Below are positions 19,479 through 30,440 of a stretch of DNA of 64,000 nt, piece after piece; position 1 is the first letter of the stretch, and every line of letters begins with the position of its first letter. The notes beneath the pieces are model-generated. The model did no database searches. It saw nothing but the letters and a program-made list of their open reading frames with translations, and was not told the origin of the DNA. The stretch comes from Andalucia godoyi And28. Its lineage: Eukaryota; Protista; Jakobida. The stretch spans positions 446,106-510,105 of the forward strand of contig VRVR01000004.1 in assembly GCA_009859145.1 (NCBI GenBank). The letters are read 5' to 3'. The translations under genes were made by a program, and so were the position numbers.

Positions 19479-20636
19479 ATGCGGCCGCCTTCTGTTTCGC
19501 TGCTGTTAGTTGGGAGCGCGGCCAGTTCGATTCTTGGTTGTCTGTGTGTGATAGTGTCCTTTAACCTCGAGTGGTGGAGCGATAGTCTCAAAACTTCCGG
19601 TTCTGATGTCAGTTCATTCCGTGCTTTTCTCTCAAATTACGAGTTTTGCGATGGAGGCAGCTGCAGTACAAAAGAATACTCTACTTCATCATCGTCATCG
19701 TTTATGGAGTCCATTCGGTCTCGGCTTGCGCTGTCGATCGTCTTCTCTCTTCTGTCTCTGTTTCTCTCTGCATCTCTTATTTTGTACGGTAAGCTCAGCA
19801 AAAAGGTCCAGTCCAAAGCAGCGATTGTCCAGCTCGGCTCTTTGGGACTGTCTGTTCTTCATTTTGTGTCCGTCATCACGACTGCGCTTTCGTGGTCGCG
19901 GTTCTCTGCATATTTCATCGCAGAGGTCGTATGCAATGTCGGCAATCCACTGACCATCCACGAAGCGCTTGTCGCCACCGTCTGTGCAGACACAGAACAG
20001 TTTTCAGGCTCAGGGACCGTTGGGCCGGTCGCTGTTTCGTGGGAGCCGCAGATTGGTTGGTGGCTGTGTGTCGGCTGTTTTTCGTGGTTTGTGTTTGTGC
20101 TGTTCTTTTCCGCCGCCATTCTTTATCGCGCCAAAGTCGACTACGAGAAGTACAAGAATCATCAGCCCGTTTCCACATCCGAAGACGCGCCAACTGCGGT
20201 ATCTGCGACGGGATCCGAAGACTCCCCTCAGACCTCTTCGCCACAGAGCATTCCGACGACATCAGGCCACACTCGGCTTCCCTCTCCAGACCACGACGGT
20301 AGTAGCATATCGCCTTCCCCTCCGTCGTTTGCCAGAGGACATTATGCGGACGATATCGAGTCACCCAAAGTACTGTTGCCAGCCAGGAAGGACAAGGATG
20401 TTTCGGATCAGCATCAGCATCAGCACCAGCACCAGCACCAGCACCAGCACCAGCAACTTGGAGTCTCTGCGAATCCTCTTTCGCCAGTCTATCCTCCTTC
20501 GATGCCCTTTGCGTACGCAACCCCCGAGAGAAACACTGCTCTGAGCGAGCAGCCACCAATGTCGCCCACTGGGGAGTCCACCATTCGGCAACCGCTGTTT
20601 CCCAGTCCTGGCGCATCTGATGCAGGTTCTTCTTGA
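19479..20636 (+). CDS. Claudin/amastin-like tetraspan membrane protein with long disordered tail
   Basis: TM1, then WW and a C-x4-C loop (EWW...FCDGGSC), three more hydrophobic segments, WEPQIGWW before TM4; S/P-rich tail with (QH)n. Confidence 0.7.
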   Translation: MRPPSVSLLLVGSAASSILGCLCVIVSFNLEWWSDSLKTSGSDVSSFRAFLSNYEFCDGGSCSTKEYSTSSSSSFMESIRSRLALSIVFSLLSLFLSASLILYGKLSKKVQSKAAIVQLGSLGLSVLHFVSVITTALSWSRFSAYFIAEVVCNVGNPLTIHEALVATVCADTEQFSGSGTVGPVAVSWEPQIGWWLCVGCFSWFVFVLFFSAAILYRAKVDYEKYKNHQPVSTSEDAPTAVSATGSEDSPQTSSPQSIPTTSGHTRLPSPDHDGSSISPSPPSFARGHYADDIESPKVLLPARKDKDVSDQHQHQHQHQHQHQHQQLGVSANPLSPVYPPSMPFAYATPERNTALSEQPPMSPTGESTIRQPLFPSPGASDAGSS

Positions 20637-21251
20637 GAGCTCCATTTCTGCAATTCCCCTGCAAATCTTGTTCTCCCCCTCCTCCTTTCTAATTATGTAT
20701 TTATCAAACTCCATTATTTGAGTGCCTTGTTGTGTATCTTAGCGATCCGGTTTCACCTCCAACCATTTCCGGTTTTTCGCATCGTAACGAAAGCTTAGAA
20801 GGCAGAGGCTATCCATCCCTTTCCGCTTCCTTGTATCCATTGTATAGAAGAAGACTGTTTTCCTTTTCCTTTTCCTTTTCCTTTTTTTTGTTTTCTTTTT
20901 TGTTTTCTTTTTTGTTTTCTTTTTTGTTTTGGCTTTTTGGTTTCTCTTGGTGCTTGTCGATGATCGATTTTGCGCTGCTGTCCGCTCGCCAAGAATACAA
21001 AAAAATGCTGACTGTAAAACAAAAAAGGCAATCTTTCTCTTTTGGGAAAAAACCGTCTTTTTTCCTCTTTTCTGAAATGGTTTTATTTATGTTAGTTTTG
21101 TTCCCGATTTTTCGAAACCTCTTTTCTTTTTTCTTTCTGTTTTTCTTTTTTCTTTCTGTTTTTTCATTTAAAAAATATTTTATATAGTACTTTATTCATC
21201 TTGGTTTGCAAGAGGGAGGGATTTGGCGCGAGTGAGTGGACGTCGGGGAAA

Positions 21252-22127
21252 ATGTCGAGTACTCCGATAAAGCGGGTTGGATCTGGAAAGCTGCTTACTG
21301 AGCAGCCCCGAGGAACCTCGACGTTGCTGATGTCCTTGATTCTTGGAGTGATTGCCGTGATTATGGCCTCGTCGTTTACGGAGAGTTGGTGGCGCGTGGA
21401 TTTTCAACAGAGTGGTGTGTATGGATACTATGACGTGCGCCTCACGGAGCTTGGGATATGTGCGGGTGGAGCGACGCCATGCAAGACTTACGAATATGGA
21501 TCGAGCGCGATCAAGTCGGTTGTGCAGAATGCATCTTCATTGGAGAGCTACATGACGAAGATCCGCAGTCTTGCGGTTGCATCTCTCGTGCTGTTTGTTG
21601 TGTCGCTGCTGCTGAATGTCATCACTGTGGCAATCAATGTGTCGAAGAGGTCGACGTGGTACTCGACGTTCCTGTGCTTTCCATTGGCTGTTATTTCATT
21701 TGGAGCCTGCATTCTGGCTGTCGCAACGACCACGTACTTCAGCCAGACCTTTGTCAAGGATGTGTTCTGTGGCGATGTACTTCCTTCAACGTCGACGTTT
21801 GGTGTTTGCGTGGGAAAGCAGTTTACAGACGCAGCAGCGAAGTCAGGATACAAGATGGAGTGGGGATCCGATGCCGGATATGATCGCCGCTACGTGTCCT
21901 TCCTCTTTGGACTTGTTTCGTCGATATTTGCCATCCTGACCGCAGTGCTCAAGATTTATTCACATTACAGAGCAAAGAAGAACCTTGCAGCTTCGGCCTC
22001 CAAGAGAGCATCCAGGACCTCGGCTACTCGCGCATCGCGATCGCAGATTGCCCCGGAAAAGGAGGAATTTACTGCGTCGAGCGTCATGCAGGGACAGGAC
22101 GCATCGGACCAGACCCCGTCAGCTTGA
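21252..22127 (+). CDS. Claudin/amastin-like tetraspan membrane protein, tandem relative of 19479
   Basis: TM1, then SWW...GICAGGATPCK, three more TM segments, MEWGSDAGY before TM4; first ATG 21252. Confidence 0.7.
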   Translation: MSSTPIKRVGSGKLLTEQPRGTSTLLMSLILGVIAVIMASSFTESWWRVDFQQSGVYGYYDVRLTELGICAGGATPCKTYEYGSSAIKSVVQNASSLESYMTKIRSLAVASLVLFVVSLLLNVITVAINVSKRSTWYSTFLCFPLAVISFGACILAVATTTYFSQTFVKDVFCGDVLPSTSTFGVCVGKQFTDAAAKSGYKMEWGSDAGYDRRYVSFLFGLVSSIFAILTAVLKIYSHYRAKKNLAASASKRASRTSATRASRSQIAPEKEEFTASSVMQGQDASDQTPSA

Positions 22128-22522
22128 TTCCAACTGGATCCGAGCAAGATGCAGTCTGTGCCGACTGTGTCTTCTTCATTTGCGTGGTAGGGTCGGCATC
22201 CCTGTTTTCTTTTTTCTTTTTTTTTCTTTTGTTTTGTTTTTGTGGCAAACGCATCTATTCGTCTTCTAAGTTCTTTGCCTGTCAACGCCTTGTGGTATTT
22301 GTTTTTCTTGTTTCGATATCTGATGTATTGTATCTCCACACGTATTTATGGTTGTGATTTGTGTTTCACATCCATGTGTATTCACGGTCTCTGTTTTTGA
22401 TTCCATACTTGTACACTTTTGAGAAATGAAAAAAGAGACACTGAAAAACGTCTATTGTCCTTCGTGCTGGTGCTGCTGCCATGAAGTCAAGAATTGGTCG
22501 TCTTCTTCTTCCGTGGGTGACG

Positions 22523-23803
22523 TCACCTTCGGGATTCTGCTTGCTGATACACGAGCATGGATGCCTCGGATCGCAACACGACTTCCTCTGTGGTCGGTTC
22601 GACATACCTGTCCGAAATGAGAATCCACTCGTGTGTTCGCTCCGGACGCTCGGGCTGCTCGGCCGCCCGTGCGGCTGCCAGTGGAATCTTTCGCATGGAC
22701 ACATAGTGCCCACTTGCATGCGAACTTCCCAAATGGCACACGATTCCCACAAGTTCATACGCTACAGTGCCCACACCGTTCAGATGCTCAAACATGGAAG
22801 TATCCCCGCCGGCGGCGACAACATCTTGTGGAAACTGAAATGCAAGCGGGAACCTCGTCTGAATAGAGTCCTTGAACAGCATAGCGTCCGATGACGTGTA
22901 TCCTTGGTGCAGCTGAAACGACCGGGTGCGCGGTAACTGAATAACCAAGATCTTTGGCGGTCCCGAAAGCGAGCACTTCCTTGCGCAAATCGACGTGGCG
23001 CCGCAGGATTCGCACTTGTAGCCTGGCACAAAGTCCGGAGCAAAGAACCTTGCGAGGTCCGACAAAAGGGACGGGTACCCTGGTGGAACGTTCAGGAACG
23101 ACGGGCGCTCCTCGGACCCGACAGACACCCTTTGACAGGACGTGCACGTCGTCGAGTATGTGATTCGCATTGCGAATGGATTCAGCGTGCTCAACCGCGA
23201 CGGAAAAAGCAGATCCAAAAGTCGGGTCAGGGATTCGGAGGCATCGGACTGCTCCGTCACAGTTGTCTTGGAAAGCTTGATCGCCGCCTTGATTCCGCGC
23301 GATTCAACGGCGGGATCGTAGGACCCAACAGACAAGTGCTGCAACAGCTGGACCACAGATTGGACACTCTCCGGGACGGCACTTGCATTTTCCGATGAAA
23401 GAATGGTCTGGAAAACCTCATCGAGTCGAGTTGTTGAGCACGAAAGCATCTGAAGCGCACAGTTCAAATGACAGGTTTGGCCCCAGTTGGGAAGCCCGTA
23501 GTTTCCGTACGGTCCATTCGCAAGTATCCAGTCCCATACTTGTCCACACCAGGGAAAGAAGATCCGGAGGAACGTCGCGGGAAGAGCAGGACAAACGGTT
23601 TAATATATGCACGATACCAGCCGCACAACAAAATGACAGTACAAAGCAGAAATAATAAGAAGGGACCTTGAGAAATATAGAATCATACGATAAGATCCTG
23701 ACTTGTAGATAAGAAACGCAGTCGCTGCTCCAGCAGCCGTGGCAATCGCAATCTTTGTTCGAGCATTCGACGAAGCCAACCACCGAACCACAGCTTTCGA
23801 CAT
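22523..23803 (-). CDS. Ubiquitin-specific protease with N-terminal membrane anchor (USP30/Ubp16-like), two exons
   Basis: Exon 1 from ATG 23803 (MSKAVVRW...IAIATAAGAATAFLIY). Inferred intron 23688..23539 (GTATGA...AAG, 150 nt). Cys box GLPNWGQTCHLNCALQ; His box HLGSSHASGHYVS; LISD and ASMLVY. Confidence 0.85.
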
Positions 23804-24114
23804 TGCACTTTCGTCTTTTTTCCTTGGAAATCTGGGAACTTGTTCCTGTTTGGTGTTTTGCAAGCCACTGCACGCGATGAACTGGAGCCTGGGAAAGTGG
23901 AAATCTGAAGAGCTTGGACTTTGGCGGTCGTACGTAGGCCGTGCTACGGTAAGAAAATCGTAATGTTTGATGTTCAGCGCTGATGCACAAAGCGGGTCAG
24001 CCGTTTAACTTGGAAAGGAGTGTGAAGGGGGAAAAAAAATCAACAGAAAACAAAAAAGAAAACCAGCAGAAGGAAAAGAGAGAGAACAAGAAAGAAGCGA
24101 AGCTGTGTGTTGAA

Positions 24115-24519
24115 ATGTTTGTTTCGGTGTTGTTCCTGCTGGCTGCGTTGATGAACGTGATCGGTGGAGTCACACAGGTTTCTTCGATCCGCATGATTGC
24201 GTCTCCGCAGACTGGAAAAGAGCTGATGCATGTTGTTTCAGAGGGCGCCGTAATGCTTCTTGTTTCATGGGTTCAGTACTTGACGTTTTCTTTGAAGGAC
24301 GATCAGATGGTGGGATCCATGACCGCATGGGAGTTCCAAAAGACCTTCTGTCGCATGTGTGCCGTTGCGTGTGTTGGGTTCCTTGCTCCGCGGGCAGTGG
24401 CATATCTTCGTGGATGGAGACCCGCAGCGGAGGAAGCATCCAGCGAATGGATCGGCGCGGTATGGGGTTCCATCGAATGCGTCCTGTTTACCATTATTGG
24501 TTTCTTTGTTCCTTCGTAG
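24115..24519 (+). CDS. Small multi-pass membrane protein, hypothetical
   Basis: ATG 24115; about four hydrophobic segments in 134 aa. Confidence 0.6.
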   Translation: MFVSVLFLLAALMNVIGGVTQVSSIRMIASPQTGKELMHVVSEGAVMLLVSWVQYLTFSLKDDQMVGSMTAWEFQKTFCRMCAVACVGFLAPRAVAYLRGWRPAAEEASSEWIGAVWGSIECVLFTIIGFFVPS

Positions 24520-24615
24520 TTTCCTTTCAACCACGACGAACATGCTCATCCAAGTCTTGCGTATTTTATAAACATTTTTATGAAAGCATTGGCAGGAGAG
24601 GACTCCAGAGATCCC

Positions 24616-24660
24616 CAGACCGCAGACCGCAGACCGCAGATCTCAGATCTCAGATCTCAG
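24616..24660. repeat. Heptamer tandem (CAGACCG)3(CAGATCT)3
   Basis: Direct reading; just past the galM stop codon. Confidence 0.9.
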
Positions 24661-24668
24661 TTCACAGC

Positions 24669-25760
24669 TTACTCGGCTGTGCCAAACTTGTAAATGGTTC
24701 GATGTACATAGGTGGATCCCGGACGAAGAACGGTGGACGGAAATCCAGGTTGGTTCGGCGAGTCGGGGAAATGCTGCGTCTCGAGGCAAAACCCAGAACG
24801 AAACCCGTATCGAACACCGCATTTTCCGATTCGCTCGCCATCCAGAAAATTCCCAGAGTAGAACTGCATCCCGGGTTCAGAAGTGTATACCGCCATCGTG
24901 CGGCCAGACAATGGTTCGACAACGTATGCAGCCCTGGAAAGACGGCTGCAGTCGTCTTCGGTAGACGAGTTCACCAAGCAAAAGTTGTGGTCGTATCCGT
25001 TTCCGAACTCCAGCTGCTCGTGCATTGCAGAAATATCCTTTCCGATTGGCTTGGGGTTTGTGTAGAAGTCAAATGGCGAATGAAATGCAACGGCCGCGCG
25101 TTCTCCCGTCGGAATCAGCACTCTGGAGACGGGGGTGAATGAATCTGCAAAGATCTGCATGGTGTGATGCAGAACATCAAACGATGCGGACCCCGCATAC
25201 GTGTGCCAGTTTGCGTGACCGAGCAAGTTAAAGTACGAATGCTGCGTAAGATTGACGATGGTTGGCTTTTCATCCACGGTCGCTTCATAGTCAATCGCGA
25301 GTGCATTGTCCGAGGACCACGAATACTTGACAGACGCATGCAGCGTGCCCGGAAACCCTTGGTCTCCATCCGGCGAAACAAGCCGCAACGTTACGCTCTG
25401 ATCTGCATCCAATTTGCTCTCAGCGTCCTCATCGGCACGTGTCCTTTCGTCCACCGTCCACACACGCCGATCAAACCCATCGGGTCCACCATGCAGCATA
25501 TTCGGTCCATTGTTGGCAACTCCGCCAAACTCCTTTCCGTCAATCGAGAACTTTGCATTGGCGATCCTGTTTGCATACCGTCCGGCAACGCATCCAAAGT
25601 AGGAATATGGATACTCGGAAGAATCATCAAACCCTAGTACCACATCGTCCATCACTCCCTTTCGGTCGGGGACGCACAGATGCGAAATCGTTCCGCCAAG
25701 TGGCAAAATACGCACAAATGCACCAGATTCGTTTCGCAGCTCAATCGACTCGCTCCTCAT
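24669..25760 (-). CDS. galM: Aldose 1-epimerase (galactose mutarotase)
   Basis: GRYANRIA, NMLHGG, DQGFPG, NLTQHSYFNL, GYDHNF, QFYSGNFL, FCLETQHFPDSPN; ATG 25760. Confidence 0.95.
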   Translation of the reverse strand: MRSESIELRNESGAFVRILPLGGTISHLCVPDRKGVMDDVVLGFDDSSEYPYSYFGCVAGRYANRIANAKFSIDGKEFGGVANNGPNMLHGGPDGFDRRVWTVDERTRADEDAESKLDADQSVTLRLVSPDGDQGFPGTLHASVKYSWSSDNALAIDYEATVDEKPTIVNLTQHSYFNLLGHANWHTYAGSASFDVLHHTMQIFADSFTPVSRVLIPTGERAAVAFHSPFDFYTNPKPIGKDISAMHEQLEFGNGYDHNFCLVNSSTEDDCSRLSRAAYVVEPLSGRTMAVYTSEPGMQFYSGNFLDGERIGKCGVRYGFRSGFCLETQHFPDSPNQPGFPSTVLRPGSTYVHRTIYKFGTAE

Positions 25761-26230
25761 TTTCTTGAGTGTCCCCTCTGCAATCCAACTCCCCCTCTGT
25801 TGTCGCAGAAAACGAATCCTCCCTCGCTGAAGAAGAAGAAGAAGGAAGCGGTGTTCTGCTGCCAAAAAAACCGCGGAGTATCGGGAGATCCTCCACGCAC
25901 TTCAGGTTTGCCAGCACATAGTAGGCACATCAAACACATCAAACACGTCGACTTGTCCCAAACAACCAAGACAATCTGCTCTCTTTCAATCCTTGACCTT
26001 TTTTTGAGTCTTTGAGCTTTCTGAGTCCCGAATCTGGATCATTTCTTGCCAGGATCGACGACATCACACAACTTTTTTCAAAAATTAAATAATTAAATAA
26101 TTAGAATTTTTTAAATCTGTTTCTTCTTGTTCTTTGACAATTTTTGTGGTTTTTCGTTCTTCTGGCTCGGTTCAGGTGATCTGTAGTTGCTGCTTTCAAG
26201 GAAAGAAGAAAAAAAAGAAAGAAGACTGCA

Positions 26231-28333
26231 ATGTGTGGGATTTTCGGGTATTTGAATTGGAACCATCCGGTTGAGCGTCGTCAGATTGTGGCTCTGCTAA
26301 CTGAAGGACTTTCTCGACTCGAGTACCGTGGATATGACTCTGCAGGAGTAGCGTTTGACGCTGCGGATTCGTCGACTGTTATTGTGAAGATGGACGGAAA
26401 TGTGTCGCGGCTGCGCAGTCTGCTTGAGACGTCCGGAGTGTCCAGTGACATGACGGTTGTCACGTCGCATATAGGAATTGCGCATACTCGCTGGGCGACG
26501 CATGGCGATCCATCTCCAATCAACTCGCATCCACAGCGATCCGATCCTACCAATCAATTTGTGATTGTGCACAATGGAATTATTACCAACTACAGAGAAT
26601 TGAAACAGACGCTCATTGCAGACGGATATGAATTCGAGTCAGATACGGATACCGAGGTGTTTGCCAAGCTCATCAAGTTTGTGTATGACGAACAGTCGGA
26701 TAAGTCTAATGTTTCATTGGTAGACATTTGCAAGGAAGCCGTGTCGCAGATTCACGGATCGTATGCGTTCTTAGTGAAGTCACGGCTGTTTCCAGGCGAA
26801 ATCGTCGCTACTCGACAGGGGTCGCCGCTGATTATTGGAGTTACAGAAGATCAGCCAACAGACACGATTCCACTGAGTCTGCGCGGAAGGTCGGCCAACT
26901 CGGGAAACACGGCGGCCGGTGTGGAGCAGTTTGGAGAAGACTCTTTCGTCGACGGGTTGGAACCGCATCTCAAGACGGTCAGTTCGCCATCCTCGTTCGG
27001 AGCATCGGGGTCAAAGGCCGGAAGAGAGTATTTCTTCTCGTCGGACGCGACGGCTATCGTGCAACACACCTCACGCGTATTGTATCTGGAGGACCGCGAT
27101 GTTGCACATGTCAAGAATGGAGTTCTGAAGATTTACAATCCGGACTTCGCAGCCCATCCGAATTCCTCCGATGGTGCTGCACAGCCCTCACGAGCGATCC
27201 GCAAGTTGGCGATGCAGCTCGACTCCGTCATGAAGGGACAATACGAGCACTTTATGCAAAAGGAGATTCTTGAGCAACCTGAGTCGCTGCTGACCACCAT
27301 GCGTGGACGCGTCAAGTTTGACTCGCTGGAGATCAGACTGGGTGGAATTATTGATCACATTGAAGACATTCTGACATCGCGACGGGTAATCTTCCTTGCG
27401 TGCGGGACGTCGTATAATGCTTGCTTGGCGGCACAGCAAGTGTTTGAAGAGCTGTCGAACTTGCCAGTCACTTGCGAGTTGGCATCCGAGTTTGTCGATC
27501 GCAAACCAAACGTGTTCCGCGACGAAATCTACATTTACGTGTCCCAATCCGGCGAGACGGCAGACACACTTCGCGCCCTCCAGTATGTGAAGAAGCGCGG
27601 AGCATTAACATGCGGTGTGACGAACACTGTAGGCTCAGCAATTGCGCGATCCACCGATTTTGGTGTCCATGTGAACGCCGGTGTCGAAATCGGTGTAGCT
27701 TCCACCAAGGCGTACACTTGTCAGATCATCGCCATCATTCTCATTGCACTGCAGATTTCTGGCGATTCTGTAAAGAAGACCCCGCGAAGAGCAGAGATTA
27801 TGCGAGAGCTGGAGAGACTGCCGCGTCTCGTAGATCAGACGATCAAGTCTGTCGAGTCCGTCGTCAAGCAAGTTGCGGATGAACTCATCGCGAGTAAATC
27901 CCCCTCCGTCCTCGTATTTGGCCGTGGTTATCAATATGCGACGGCATTGGAGGGCGCTCTTAAGATCAAGGAGATCTCTTACATTCACTCAGAGGGCCTG
28001 TCGTCATCAGAATTGAAGCATGGACCGATTGCTCTCATTTCAGCAGATATGCCCTCAATTCTCATATGCACGCGCGACGAGCTTTTCCCCCACGTGATGA
28101 GCGCGCTTGAGCAGGTATGTGCACGTCATGGGAATGTGATTGCTATCTGCAATGAAGGTGACGAAGCTGTCCGCGAGAAGGCTCAGAGGACCTTGGAAGT
28201 TCCGAAGATCGTCGACTGCTTGGCGTGTGTGCTGAATGTAATTCCGCTTCAGCTTCTCAGTTACCACTTGGCTGTCAAGCTCGGAAGAAACGTTGATCAG
28301 CCTCGAAATCTTGCGAAATCCGTCGTGGTTTGA
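26231..28333 (+). CDS. GFA1: Glutamine--fructose-6-phosphate aminotransferase (isomerizing)
   Basis: MCGIFGY, LEYRGYDSAG, HTRWATHG, VHNGII, SQSGETADT, ELKHGPIAL, VDQPRNLAKSV. Confidence 0.98.
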   Translation: MCGIFGYLNWNHPVERRQIVALLTEGLSRLEYRGYDSAGVAFDAADSSTVIVKMDGNVSRLRSLLETSGVSSDMTVVTSHIGIAHTRWATHGDPSPINSHPQRSDPTNQFVIVHNGIITNYRELKQTLIADGYEFESDTDTEVFAKLIKFVYDEQSDKSNVSLVDICKEAVSQIHGSYAFLVKSRLFPGEIVATRQGSPLIIGVTEDQPTDTIPLSLRGRSANSGNTAAGVEQFGEDSFVDGLEPHLKTVSSPSSFGASGSKAGREYFFSSDATAIVQHTSRVLYLEDRDVAHVKNGVLKIYNPDFAAHPNSSDGAAQPSRAIRKLAMQLDSVMKGQYEHFMQKEILEQPESLLTTMRGRVKFDSLEIRLGGIIDHIEDILTSRRVIFLACGTSYNACLAAQQVFEELSNLPVTCELASEFVDRKPNVFRDEIYIYVSQSGETADTLRALQYVKKRGALTCGVTNTVGSAIARSTDFGVHVNAGVEIGVASTKAYTCQIIAIILIALQISGDSVKKTPRRAEIMRELERLPRLVDQTIKSVESVVKQVADELIASKSPSVLVFGRGYQYATALEGALKIKEISYIHSEGLSSSELKHGPIALISADMPSILICTRDELFPHVMSALEQVCARHGNVIAICNEGDEAVREKAQRTLEVPKIVDCLACVLNVIPLQLLSYHLAVKLGRNVDQPRNLAKSVVV

Positions 28334-29040
28334 TATCCTAGTATGGTTGACAGCTTTGTGTATCCTCAACGTTGAACATCCAACAATACGATTTCCTTAC
28401 CGTATTCAGCTCTAGACTTTCTTCGTTCATCACTTTTTCTTTCTTTCCAGTTTTTTTAATTAATTGACTTGTTTGTTTGTGTTTTACAATCGAACCCTCA
28501 AGTAGCTCCATTCATCAAAAAGACAAGGACAAAACATCTCACAGCTCGAGAGAGGGATCTTTCCGACAAACTCAAACCGGCCATGCCCGAAGATAGCGAG
28601 GATAAAAGGGTTTTAGGGCACCCCCCCCCCCACATTTCTGCTGCAATACCCTGGTCTTTCTTCTTCTTCTTCTTCTTCTTCTGCTTCTACACGTTTTGCT
28701 GATGCGCACGAGCAGACATGTTCACATGCACAGTCTGGTCGGACGTTCAGTTCTGCGCATCCAGTGGAACGCATCTTGACAACGAATGCAAAGGACATCC
28801 GTGTCCTGTGAAAATCGAGTTATCCAAAAAGAGAAGAAAGAACAAAAAAACAACAAAAAAACAACTCCACAACAAGAGCGCCCGACGGCTCCTTTTCTTT
28901 TCCCTTCGCAGTGTTTTAATGAAGAATAAAAAAGAAAAGGAAGAAGAAATATCATCAAAAAGACAAACAATCAATTAATCAGCCAATCAACCAAACAAAC
29001 AAAAAATAGCGCTGGCAAACCGAACAGGAGGACCGTCATC

Positions 29041-30378
29041 ATGGAGCCGGAGAAAGAGCTTTCTAAATCATTCGGAGGACAATCGTTCATGCAACGCGCT
29101 CAACCGAGCCCAACCGTTCGCAATTTCCGAATCGATCTAGAGGGCCGCCAAGAACAAGCCGTAAGGTGCACTGCGACGGCATCGCCTTTCCTGCCATCTC
29201 CTTTTCTCAACAGCGCGGTTTCCAGAGGCATCACACCGAGAACATTCTCTTATGAATCTCTGTGTCTGGAAACACCGAAGCCGCAGATTGCCCGACAGTC
29301 ACAGAGAATCCCAGATGTTTCCTTGAGCGTTTTTCTTCTGGGAGATTCCTCTGTGGGCAAAAGCACAATTCGGAAACGGTTCGCGGAACGTCCCTCGTCA
29401 ACATCAGCAACCGCGCCGCCGTCATTCTCGATTCTCACATCGCCGTCCACATTTGCAGTACCAAAGCGCTTTGAACGAGACAACCTGTCTTTTGTGGCAA
29501 CAACCGTGGACATTCAACGGGGATCGTGTTTACTACGCGCTCACATCAAGGACTTTTGTGCTGCTCCTCGGTTCAAAGTCGTGAACCAAGCATACTTCCG
29601 AAAGGGCTGCGACGCGGCAATCATCGTCGTAGACGGCACAGCCTCGGACATGATGGAACGCGCAGTATTCTGGAAAGAAAAGGTGGACAATGCATTCTTC
29701 TTTTGCGGAGCCGATCTTGGAAAGTTCGTTCCCTGCAGTCTTTTTGTCAACAAGGTTGATCGCTTGCACGACGATGAGATTGAGCTCCTGAAGCCCAAGT
29801 TGCAACAATTGGTAACAAGGCACGGATTCATCGACTACCATCTCGTATCCGCCACGAGAGACCTCTTGACGATCCACGAAGCTTTTGAAAACATTGTGGA
29901 TATCACAGTCGTCGAAGATCTGAAGAATCTACAAATTGACACCAGACCGTCCCTTGGCGCCGAATCGCGTGAGCGTGCAAGATGCTCTCTGTCGTCCAGC
30001 ATCGACACCTCCATGAGTTCGCCAAAGTCTCCCGAACAGCGGGCTGTGGGTGAAGGCAAAGCCAAAAAGCGTCAAGAAATGTTGTTTGGCGATTTGTGGT
30101 CTCCCAAAGAAACGCCGACTACGGAAAGGACAGGGACCCTGTCTCCAACCTGGGAAGAGTCTCCCGTCAATCCGCTTGCTTTTCCGGGAGCCACAGAAGA
30201 AGAGGAATGCTATTCAGAACACGCGAATCCCTTGCATGCTGGCCATCTTGCCGCAAACGAAATTGTTCCACAATGTAGTGCACAACTCCCTGGCCCGTGC
30301 CAGCCTCAACGATTCTTCTGGGGTTGCTGGAAGCAAAATCGACTGCAAACTGCTGGGCAAGCGGAGCGCGTGATGTAA
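29041..30378 (+). CDS. Rab-like small GTPase (Rab32/38/7L1-like) with long extensions and altered G3
   Basis: G1 GDSSVGKS, G4 NKVD and G5 VSA present; G3 reads DFCAA; WKEKVD segment resembles the Rab32 group. Confidence 0.75.
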   Translation: MEPEKELSKSFGGQSFMQRAQPSPTVRNFRIDLEGRQEQAVRCTATASPFLPSPFLNSAVSRGITPRTFSYESLCLETPKPQIARQSQRIPDVSLSVFLLGDSSVGKSTIRKRFAERPSSTSATAPPSFSILTSPSTFAVPKRFERDNLSFVATTVDIQRGSCLLRAHIKDFCAAPRFKVVNQAYFRKGCDAAIIVVDGTASDMMERAVFWKEKVDNAFFFCGADLGKFVPCSLFVNKVDRLHDDEIELLKPKLQQLVTRHGFIDYHLVSATRDLLTIHEAFENIVDITVVEDLKNLQIDTRPSLGAESRERARCSLSSSIDTSMSSPKSPEQRAVGEGKAKKRQEMLFGDLWSPKETPTTERTGTLSPTWEESPVNPLAFPGATEEEECYSEHANPLHAGHLAANEIVPQCSAQLPGPCQPQRFFWGCWKQNRLQTAGQAERVM

Positions 30379-30440
30379 TATATTTTCGAACGCAACGTAA
30401 CCATGTACATCAAAAAGTATAAAAGATTCAACACATGTCG

